DNA from: an uncultured virus (IMG/VR IMGVR_UViG_3300038465_000034)
Lineage: Duplodnaviria > Heunggongvirae > Uroviricota > Caudoviricetes
Reading direction: 5' to 3' (one strand)
Length of the DNA: 54,077 nt
IMG/VR virus record: IMGVR_UViG_3300038465_000034
Shown here: in pieces, positions 38,737-47,104 of the stretch
Position numbering within the stretch: the stretch's first letter is position 1
Layout: the number at the start of each line of letters is the position of its first letter
Position numbers and translations under genes: made by a program
The notes under the pieces: model-generated
What the model was told of the DNA's origin: nothing
Database searches by the model: none
What the model saw: the letters and a program-made list of their open reading frames with translations, nothing else

Positions 38737-40008
38737 TTAGTGGGACCGTGGTGCGGATGTGGGTTGTGTAGCGAGCGGCTGATCGGGCTGCGCCCCCGTG
38801 CGCTGTAAAGACCACGTTCCGCTCCCCTTGCCACACGGAAGGAACGACGCACTCGTTTCAAACCAAGTGCCAGATATAGTGGAACCATCTGGGGATAGAG
38901 CACCTGTCAGAGTTGCCCCTTCTCCTCGGCATCCGCTGGGCGGCAGGTGTAAAGTGAAAGTGTTTCCCGTCTGAGCCCACGTACCCGCGTGTCCATTTCC
39001 ATCTCCCGCTCTGCTGAATGTTCCATTCGCGAGAAAGGTTACAGACATTGGTCCGCTATGACCTATTGTGCGAGTCATCTTGATGTTGAATAGTCCACCG
39101 TTCCCAGTCTGGAAGTCAATCTGCCCAGACCAAGACGTTGATGTCGGATCGAGATCAATCTGCGGTGGGGGAGCGACTTCCTGCTGCGGTTGATCTTGCG
39201 GTTGATCTTGCGCCTGATCTTGCGGTTGATCGGACGCGGACTCATCAACCACCGCACCGTTGTCACCAACGGAGAAGCCCACGGCAAAGTGCGAACAACC
39301 GAATTGCAGGGCGCTTAGTGACACGGAAACTCCCGGATACGTATTGTCGGACAGGTAGTAGCCACCGTTGGCGTCGTCTTCACTGACAGTCACGTCATCC
39401 GTTTCATTCCAGTTGTCAGCCCAAACGGAAGGCACCGGATCGACAATTGCGAAACCGAAGCCGCCGAAACTAAAACAGCCATGATTTGCGCCCATGACAA
39501 GATCAATACGGAATGGGTGGTCAACCCCAGCGAAGCTCTGGAAACGTCCGTTGGGGATGTGAAATCCTGCGTACCCGCCACGCTGAACCCAAGTGCGATG
39601 CTCCGCTGCAAAGTTGCTTGAACGCGGCATCACATCTCTGAGTGTTTTGACTGGTTTGATAGGGCCGTGATCGCCCACGATGTTTTGGCGAGTAATGGGA
39701 GCGTTTAGTCGCCGACCGACTTCGCCAACCTTCTGTGATGCTTCTCCTGCCCGCCTTACGTTCTGCACGGCTTCAGTAGCTCGTTTCACGTTCTGCGCGG
39801 CGTCCACGGCTCTTTTGGCGTTCTGTGCCGCATCCATGACTTGCTTTGCCTTTTGAGCGGCGTCGGCGACCTGCTTTGCCTTTTGGGCGGCGTCAAGAAC
39901 TTGCTTGGCTTTGTTTAATTTGTTCAACGTGTCAAGTGCGCCAAACTGCGCGAACGATAGACCGCTCATCAGAGCGAGCAAAACAACCAATATCGAAAAT
40001 CGCTTCAT
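38737..40008 (-). CDS. secreted multidomain protein with helical repeats and an Acidobacteriota-like domain
   Basis: Signal peptide; (DAAQKAKQV)n repeats; HRTW.QRGGY.G..IP..RF...W..NW...DDV...GYYL...YPG domain; QPQD repeats. Confidence 0.7.
   Translation of the reverse strand: MKRFSILVVLLALMSGLSFAQFGALDTLNKLNKAKQVLDAAQKAKQVADAAQKAKQVMDAAQNAKRAVDAAQNVKRATEAVQNVRRAGEASQKVGEVGRRLNAPITRQNIVGDHGPIKPVKTLRDVMPRSSNFAAEHRTWVQRGGYAGFHIPNGRFQSFAGVDHPFRIDLVMGANHGCFSFGGFGFAIVDPVPSVWADNWNETDDVTVSEDDANGGYYLSDNTYPGVSVSLSALQFGCSHFAVGFSVGDNGAVVDESASDQPQDQAQDQPQDQPQQEVAPPPQIDLDPTSTSWSGQIDFQTGNGGLFNIKMTRTIGHSGPMSVTFLANGTFSRAGDGNGHAGTWAQTGNTFTLHLPPSGCRGEGATLTGALSPDGSTISGTWFETSASFLPCGKGSGTWSLQRTGAQPDQPLATQPTSAPRSH
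39760..39915 (-). repeat. 30-bp (10-aa) degenerate coding tandem repeat
   Basis: AKQVLDAAQK/AKQVADAAQK/AKQVMDAAQN/AKRAVDAAQN/VKRATEAVQN. Confidence 0.7.
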
Positions 40009-41578
40009 TCTGTTCTCCTATTGTGTGAACTACTATATCACGAAATACGAACTAACGCTACTACAACGTATAACCTCATACTGCTCTCCAGAAATCCCAT
40101 TTGTGTTTCATGCGGTGCTTGTTTGGAAGGGTCGTCACTCGCCAAACCCAGTTGCGGAGACCGAAGAAACGATTTGGAACCAACCGATGTACTTGATCCA
40201 GTCTTAGCGGGATCGAAGGCACGTGGTTGTCTTTCAGGAACTCTTCTTGGACGCCCCAATCCACATATATTTCGCGGATGTGTTCTAATCTGCCGCGATA
40301 GGGCTCGGGAATCTCGGGACCCGGAATCCCGTTTTCGTAGAGGATTGTGCGGAACAAACTGCACGCTCCCCAGAAGCTATGGTAAGAACCTTCGTCAAAC
40401 GACCCGTCCGGGTGCTGTGCTTGGATGTCTTCCAGCAGGTAGGGGATCGCCCGCATTCCGAGTTGATTCTTGATGAACTGGTAGCTCGGATGGTCGGTCT
40501 TTGTCATGCTCAGGACGGCGGTGTCATCTGAGTATTGATCCATGTGCGCGTCGTACATCTCCCGAGTGGTTAACTGGTATGGTTTCTTCGGCTCGTCCGT
40601 GACGTTCGGCCAAAACCTTCCGTATTTTTCAAGCCATTCTGCGCTCGGGTCCATTAACTCCTCCAAATTTGAAACAAAGCATCTACCGTCAGTATAACAC
40701 CACTCGCCAATCCAGCCAAGCACCACGCCTTACCGCGAGGATCATACCTGCTGGCAGTCCTTATCAGACCACAGCTTCCCGCAGACCTTACAGCCCCCGC
40801 GTGACGGCTGAACACCCGTCAAATCCTCGGCCTTCACGATGTGCCAAGTCTGGATGCGGGCGGTCTCCTCGGTTCTCCACTCCTCCATCACAACCGAGCG
40901 GGCGATGCCCATGTTGGCCTTCTTGGTGATGAACCGATGCGGCACTTCGATGTCCACCGTCATCGTGACGCGGATGACCTTGCTCGGCCCAACGATCTTC
41001 GGGTGCTCGTCGGTCAGGTAGCAGCGATAGGGATCAAGTCCATACCGTCTCTCCAGCAGGTCGATGAGGAACCTCGGCAGCTTCACTTTTTCACCCTGAG
41101 GTCGTTCAAAGCTTGCTCCCGGGTTTTCGATATGAGCGCCACTTGCAGGTTTTCCTTGATGTGCTGTGGGCAGTATATAAAGCCCCGCTTCACTGGATAG
41201 TTGCATCGGATGGTGTGGGGCTCATACCTACAACGCTGCTTCGGCCTCACCCTGCCGATTAGCCGCCGTGTCAGCCGTTCCGCCGCACGTATTTGCTCGT
41301 ACAATGATCTCATACCCAAAACCCCGTGTCTCCGTCGTGCCTGTTGACGAACTCGTCCACTAGGTGCGACTTATCTACAATCCGCTTCGGTATGCGGCAG
41401 CGAAGCGTGGCCGCGAAATACTCGCCGCCGTAAACCCATCGGGCTCCCGGCGTATACGACGAGACCTCATCTTCGAACTCGAAGGTGGTGTATTTCTTGT
41501 CGTCGTCGAAATTGTGAATCACTATAGGATAATACCACGCGGCGGGAAAATATGGAAGAGGCTCACAAGTGCTAAATT

Positions 41579-41673
41579 TGGTGCCCCCACTAGGATTCGA
41601 ACCTAGATCGCACTCTAATCTAGAGTTAACTACGGCTTATAAGGCCGGGGTTTTGCCGTTAAACTACAGGGGC
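41579..41673 (-). tRNA. tRNA-Ile(TAT) with long variable arm
   Basis: GCCCCTG/TGGGGGC, CGGC-CT-TAT-AA-GCCG, V-arm ACTCT-AGATT-AGAGT, A73, CCA. Confidence 0.85.
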
Positions 41674-41682
41674 ATTAAAATT

Positions 41683-41768
41683 TGGTGCGGTAGGCGGGAT
41701 TCGAACCCGCAAGCCCGAAGGCAAGGCGTTTTAAGTGCCTCGTGTATGCCAATTCCAGCCACTACCGC
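41683..41768 (-). tRNA. tRNA-Leu(TAA)
   Basis: GCGGTAG/CTACCGC, CT-TAA-AA, V-arm GCC-TTCG-GGC, A73, CCA. Confidence 0.9.
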
Positions 41769-42070
41769 AAAATCCAATGAATCACGAAGTAAGCCGCTGT
41801 CAAAAATCCGCTGGCAATCAAGATACGGTTGCGGTACAGCCACAGGCGAATCGACTTGCTCGGTCGCCGCGTAGCGTACCTCGGGGCTTCACGCTTCTTG
41901 TATGCCGCGTACTTGCGGTACTCCTCTTCACTTTCCGCTTCTGTTGAGGGCGGGCACACGCTGCAAAATATCTTCGGGTACGGGGCAAATTTCCCCGTGC
42001 TCTCGTGTGTCTTCCAGTCAACGTGGATATGAGCAGTAGCGTCTTCGACGCATGGTTCGTAAGGCTTCAT
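41762..42070 (-). CDS. hypothetical protein with C-terminal TM, leaderless
   Basis: TATCAT-5 nt-ATG; stop lies in the tRNA-Leu acceptor stem. Confidence 0.5.
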   Translation of the reverse strand: MKPYEPCVEDATAHIHVDWKTHESTGKFAPYPKIFCSVCPPSTEAESEEEYRKYAAYKKREAPRYATRRPSKSIRLWLYRNRILIASGFLTAAYFVIHWILR

Positions 42071-42167
42071 ACCCTATGATACTACAAACTTTGATTTTCT
42101 GCTTCTCATATCCCTTGCGGGTCACGAGGCCAAACATCGGCACACATTAGGCACGTGAGATCAAATC

Positions 42168-42261
42168 TGGCGGTGAGCGGCAGAGTTGAACTGCCAATGC
42201 CCCATCTCTGAAGCATAGCCGTTTTCAAGACGGTCGGACTTGCCCATGTACCAAGCTCACC
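42168..42261 (-). tRNA. tRNA-Ser(TGA)
   Basis: GGTGAGC/GCTCACC, CT-TGA-AA, long V-arm, G73, CCA. Confidence 0.85.
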
Positions 42262-42752
42262 GAACTGGCGGTAGGAGGGAGAGTTGAACTCCCAATGCCC
42301 GTAGGCATAACTGTTTTCGAGACAGTCGGACTTGCCAATGTGCCAACCCTACCAAACTTTTTCTTACGCAATCCCTTTTGCCAACGCCATTCGTTGTTAT
42401 AAGCAACGTGAGCGTCTGTGCACGGCTTACAACGACAACCCAGAGTGTACAGGCCGTGTGTTCCATGCCTGCCAGTCTTTGGCGTCCTTCGAGCCGCCTT
42501 GTTGCACTTACGGTGCGAGTACGCAATGTTGTCTTCCGCCCAGAAAAGCTGCGGATCAACGTCGAGCCAATCCTTCTTGTGCTCAATGGAAAGCTCGCTG
42601 GCCTTCTCGATCAGTTTGCCGCATTTGAAACAAACGTTGTCGCCTAGCTTTACCAGCAGTCCGAAAAACAGGCGTTGCTTGAGGCGGTTACTCGCTGTGC
42701 CGAACGGCATTCCAAGTTGCTCGGCTTTCTTACAATTCGCATTAGTATCCAT
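42225..42752 (-). CDS. HNH-like endonuclease (paralog of 24250-24639)
   Basis: QLGM..GTAS.RL...CFKCG...SIEHKK.W...NIAYSHRKCN plus HGT...Y..GCRC..C module; frame continues through tRNA-Ser(CGA). Confidence 0.75.
   Translation of the reverse strand: MDTNANCKKAEQLGMPFGTASNRLKQRLFFGLLVKLGDNVCFKCGKLIEKASELSIEHKKDWLDVDPQLFWAEDNIAYSHRKCNKAARRTPKTGRHGTHGLYTLGCRCKPCTDAHVAYNNEWRWQKGLRKKKFGRVGTLASPTVSKTVMPTGIGSSTLPPTASSVSLVHGQVRPS
42266..42353 (-). tRNA. tRNA-Ser(CGA)
   Basis: GGTAGGG/TCCTACC, CT-CGA-AA, V-arm ATGCC-TAC-GGGCAT, G73, CCA. Confidence 0.88.
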
Positions 42753-42771
42753 GCGATTTAATACTCAAATT

Positions 42772-42863
42772 TGGCGGAGAGTAGAGGATTCGAACCTCTG
42801 ATCCCGCTTGCGCGGGATACACGCTTTCCAAGCGTGCGGCATAAACCACTCGCCCAACTCTCC
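42772..42863 (-). tRNA. tRNA-Ser(GGA)
   Basis: GGAGAGT/ACTCTCC, CACGC-TT-GGA-AA-GCGTG, long V-arm, G73, CCA. Confidence 0.92.
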
Positions 42864-42864
42864 A

Positions 42865-42958
42865 TGGCGGAGACGCCGAGATTCGAACTCGGACTCGGGG
42901 CTCTTAACCCCGAGGACAGGGTAGCAACCTGCTGCGATTCCAGTTACGCCACGTCTCC
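42865..42958 (-). tRNA. tRNA-Ser(GCT)
   Basis: GGAGACG/CGTCTCC, TT-GCT-AC, long V-arm, G73, CCA. Confidence 0.9.
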
Positions 42959-42970
42959 AAAATTTCGTAC

Positions 42971-43002
42971 AAAAACACAAACGCCGCCCTTGTTTGGCGG
43001 CG
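42971..43002 (-). terminator. attenuator terminator before tRNA-Ser(GCT)
   Basis: CGCCGCC-AAACAAG-GGCGGCG-TTTGTGTTTTT on the minus strand. Confidence 0.82.
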
Positions 43003-43036
43003 GCTCGGTGAATCTAATCTGCTTGTTTTCAGATAC

Positions 43037-43108
43037 TTACAAGCACACACCGATGCCGTCGCCCCGTGAGGAGCTACTCGATAACGATGATATGCTGATA
43101 GCGATCAT
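43037..43108 (-). CDS. putative Ser-rich attenuator leader peptide (MIAISISSLSSSSSRGDGIGVCL)
   Basis: 8 Ser codons in codons 5-14 plus ATA and TTA; 3' part is complementary to the terminator 5' arm. Confidence 0.8.
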   Translation of the reverse strand: MIAISISSLSSSSSRGDGIGVCL

Positions 43109-43143
43109 TTTGTGTGTCCGGTCTTACCTTGTTGCGGTAAATC

Positions 43144-43163
43144 CTTACTTCTATATAATACCA
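43144..43163 (-). promoter_or_regulatory. promoter of tRNA operon 2
   Basis: TGGTATTATATAGAAGTAAG, near-identical to 22303-22322. Confidence 0.75.
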
Positions 43164-44937
43164 CGGAAGTCGAGAAAACAGCTAGGAATTTGCAAAGAAA
43201 TTTTTCAGCGCCTCGCCAACTCTTCATCCAGCGGTAATCGCTGCATCATGGCGAGTGCGACATCCTGTTCTTTTGGGGTCAGTGTTTCCCAGTGAGCGAG
43301 GTAGTAGTCGCAAACTTCTGTGGCGATGGCGTTGCGCTCACGGCGAGCGACCTTTATGTCTTCGAGAGGAGCGTCCAACTCTTTAAGAGCTTCGAGCCTG
43401 TAGATGACGCCCCACCAACGGTAATAGAACGGTTCGGGGATGTGGGGTTTCATATCAGGACCAGATCGTGTTCTTTTCCTTGAGGCCGCACTGCTCACAG
43501 TGGCGTACCTGATGAGTCACGTAATGGGCGAAGCAGCCCGCCTTCGTCCACGGATACCTGACGGCAAACCTCTGCCCATCTACCCACGGTCCCCACGTGT
43601 GCACCCAATGCCATTCGTGCATCTTCCTGCGAACAAGTTCAGCGGGGCGCATGAAACCGTAGTAGGTCACCCACCACACGGCGAGACGAAGCGGTGCCTC
43701 TTTCGGCGTGCTGCGATTGCTCGGATGTGAGGGGCAGATGACTTGCTTCTCTGCTCCGTCGCACATTCCCGTGTTGATAAGTTCACAAAGGCAACTTTGT
43801 CTCATTCTTCCTCTCCGTCGTCACTCAAGAAGTCGATGGCATCTCGAACGTCGCCGCCCTCGTTCTCTATGTGCCAGTACACGTCTTTGAGCCGCTGGGT
43901 GTTGGCATAGAGCCAATCGAGCCTCTGGCTGTCGCTCATCATACTTTCAGCCCTCTGTACTTCTCAGGCCGCTGTGCGGGATCAGGATGGTTCCAGTTTA
44001 TCAATTCGTCCCACGTCTCGGGAGCGGGAACTTTTGGATCGTACTTCGGATTCGCACAACAGCAGGACGGACATTCCTCGATCCATGGATTCAACCCGCA
44101 GTCCTTATCGTGGCACTTGTGATCGCATTTGAATCCCACCGTCAGCAAATCCCCCTCGATTGACTTCCGAGAAAACTCTCGGGTTTCGTGTTCCCAATCC
44201 GCGAACCTGTTGAAATCCCTCATCAGAACATCGATTCTGACGGCGGGATGCCGCCCTTTGGAACTAAGATGATGTGATCCTTCGTCCCCTCTTTGCCACG
44301 GGTCGGCAGCGTGCTGTGGTGCCACAAATAGCGACACGCAAAGTCATGACCTTCCTTACTACCGAAGCCGCAATAGAAACAGCGAAACGTCGCGCCCGAC
44401 ACAACGCAGGGCTCGGCCTCAATATAAACGGGGAGCCAGCCGCCGAGCTTCTCCTGCTTCTCACGTCTCACGGTATTTGGGTGTGCGTTCATGGTTTCGC
44501 TTCCTCGCAGTCATTGACATACACGTGCCGCCAGCCCTTCGGGGCGGTTTCTTTCATGAGCATAAACATGCGTTGACGCTCCCCAATCGGCTTCTTGCAC
44601 TGTTCGCAGGTGAAGACGCCATCCTTCGACCACGAAGTCGCCGACGAGGGAGTGGTGATGAAAGCCCCGGGCTCTTCCTGAATCGTAAAGTCGATGTTTC
44701 GCAGATTGGGACGGGCTGTGCGTGCCGTAGTTTTCTTCGTCTTCATTTTGTATTCTCCTGTTTCAGATTTGCTTTCATAGTCCCCCCGCCAACCTACTTA
44801 GATTGATCGCGGCTCGGATCAATTCGTACAGACCAAACCCCACCAACATCACCCAGAAGAAACCGATCTGGGTGTGGTGCACACCCGTCTCACGGTCGCC
44901 CCAGCAGAGTCCCTGCGTGCTAATCCAGAACTGCCAC

Positions 44938-45330
44938 TTACGCTTTGTACTTGTCTCCACTGTTCACTCCGTAATTCGTGATGTCTGAGAACCTGCAAGC
45001 AATGTTGAAGTGCTCCCAATACGGCTTGCTCAGATGGCACTGCTGGCACTGTACCTCGCCGCTATTCATACGCTTGATGGCGGCGTGCCCCAAGTTCTCC
45101 TGCTGCAACTGATCCAGCCGCTTACCGTTGCCATCGTGGATAATCCGCGTATGCTTGCCCGCGCAATGCACCTTACGGCAGTCTTGCAGACTCTTGAAGA
45201 TCGTGAGCGACCCCGTGTTGTACCAGCGGAGAACTACCTGCCCGTCGTCGAACTCAACGCCCTCGGCGACCAGACCTGTACCGCTGATCCCCGAGATATC
45301 TTTGACCCGATCTAATTGAAAAAATCTCAT
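44938..45330 (-). CDS. conserved phage hypothetical protein
   Basis: F.L.R..D.SG.SGTG.VAEGV.F.DG.VVLRW motif. Confidence 0.6.
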   Translation of the reverse strand: MRFFQLDRVKDISGISGTGLVAEGVEFDDGQVVLRWYNTGSLTIFKSLQDCRKVHCAGKHTRIIHDGNGKRLDQLQQENLGHAAIKRMNSGEVQCQQCHLSKPYWEHFNIACRFSDITNYGVNSGDKYKA

Positions 45331-45565
45331 AGCATTGGGTGAAGCGTAAAGAACCCATCAATCAAGTGTAACGCACGGTCGTGGTTCTTGTCATCCGCTA
45401 CGTCAAAATCCAGACGGGTACGGCCATACCCATCGTTGTAAATCTTGAACGAACAGCCGTCGCCGAACGCCCTCTTGATTGTGGGCATCACTGCCGCCAC
45501 AGCCGCATCGATCTTTTCCCTGACCCACGGCTTCTCGTAGTTCGGCACGTAGTAGGCAACCGTCT

Positions 45566-45961
45566 TCATGGGAAAAGAACGACCCTGACATTGGTCATCC
45601 CCGCAAAAGCGTGACGGATCAAAGCCTTCTGAACTTCATGACCCCGAATGCGAATTTCCTGAGCCAACCATGAGCCGACACTAGTACGTGGCTTCGGCCT
45701 GATGTTGCGAACCTGCACGGGGATGAAGACGTATTTATTCTTCGTCAGTTTCATGAACTTTTCAATGTGCTCGTCGGTGCGAAGAAAGTGGAATCCTGAG
45801 CGGTATTTCCTGCCCGCCGCTTCTCGCACCCACTTCTGCTTGGCTGTCATCCACGTGTCAAACTTTACGAGACTCGTTCCCTCATGTGAGCGGAACAGGT
45901 AACGCAGGCGTCCATCATCGTCGATACGGAAGGCTTTGTAGCCGATAGCGTAGTTAGGCAT
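45566..45961 (-). CDS. hypothetical phage protein
   Basis: GYKAFR...Y.SGFH motif; SD GAGG. Confidence 0.55.
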   Translation of the reverse strand: MPNYAIGYKAFRIDDDGRLRYLFRSHEGTSLVKFDTWMTAKQKWVREAAGRKYRSGFHFLRTDEHIEKFMKLTKNKYVFIPVQVRNIRPKPRTSVGSWLAQEIRIRGHEVQKALIRHAFAGMTNVRVVLFP

Positions 45962-46315
45962 AGTTTCCTCAGTGTATCACAAACTCCCGTGCCATGGGCA
46001 GTAGGCCGGGTCATCGCACTTGTTGCGGCGGTCCTTCCGAAAGATCGTGCCAGCCCATATAATCGTGAAAGTAGAAATGCCGTCGTCCGCCGCGCTGGAA
46101 CCCAAACCCCCAATGAGGCCCAAAGAGCCCGTCCTGAGTGTGAACGCTGAACGATTTGAGCGTGCTCATCTTATCTTTCTCGGGACTCCATGTGAGTTTC
46201 TTGTGCGCGAAAAGAAGCAGAAGCTTGAAAAAGTAGCCGAGGATTTGGCTCCCGAACGTCCACATGAAGAGCAAGCCGACCACTGCTATGATGCTGCGAA
46301 AGGCGGTGATGGGAT

Positions 46316-47104
46316 TCATGCCTTGACTTTCTCCTTCTTTTCCTGCCGCTCCACGTCGTAGTAATCGTGGATCGTGTAGTAGCTATCCGGTTCCGTCAGC
46401 CAATGCAGCGGCTTGCTCGGGTCCACCGTCTTCGGCTTCTCGTCTTCCTCGGGCACCATGAATTCGCGAAGGTAGGCAATCATCCCATACCAACCGCTTA
46501 TGTCGGTGATGTAGCGGTCATTGTTATCTTCACCGCTGTGGGTGACGACGGCGATGGGGTTGCTGGCAAACCAGACGGTAGCGATCTCGAAACTCTCATC
46601 GCTGCCCATGTATTCGTCCACCAGATACTTGAGTTTGACCAGCCCCGCCGTCTCGATCTCTTCCCACCTTTTGTAGTCGTGCAGGCAAATCTCTTCCTCG
46701 CCCAGCCACTTTTCCAGACGGTCGGTGCGGGAGAAATCATCTCGAATGGGTTTCAAGGCGTAGAGTTCGTTGGGGGTGAAGACCTTCTTGGCGTACTTCG
46801 CCTTCAATTCGGCGACGTAGGTGTCAGCTTCTTTTGCAGAACACAGGCCGCCACACACGATGCGACCACGGAAGGCGTCATCGAACGCACGGTAATGAAG
46901 TTCGATACGCTCGGATGGGGTGATGACATCGGCGATAGTCCACATCACCCCCGCAGTGTAGCCCTCATTCTTGAGTTTGGCACAGATGAAATTGCGGGCT
47001 TCATCGAAATTGTTCAAGCTGTGGGTAAAATCGGGCTCTTCGATGCCCTCGTAGTCCTTCCACATCCAAATGTTCAAAGAATCATGTGCCTTAGTCAGTT
47101 TCAT
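46316..47104 (-). CDS. hypothetical protein
   Basis: GC3-biased ORF coupled to ligA (ATGA). Confidence 0.65.
   Translation of the reverse strand: MKLTKAHDSLNIWMWKDYEGIEEPDFTHSLNNFDEARNFICAKLKNEGYTAGVMWTIADVITPSERIELHYRAFDDAFRGRIVCGGLCSAKEADTYVAELKAKYAKKVFTPNELYALKPIRDDFSRTDRLEKWLGEEEICLHDYKRWEEIETAGLVKLKYLVDEYMGSDESFEIATVWFASNPIAVVTHSGEDNNDRYITDISGWYGMIAYLREFMVPEEDEKPKTVDPSKPLHWLTEPDSYYTIHDYYDVERQEKKEKVKA

Noticed and set aside
39180..39235. TGATCTTGCGGT 12-bp tandem repeat as a possible CRISPR array
   Set aside because: No spacers; encodes a QPQD linker within a CDS
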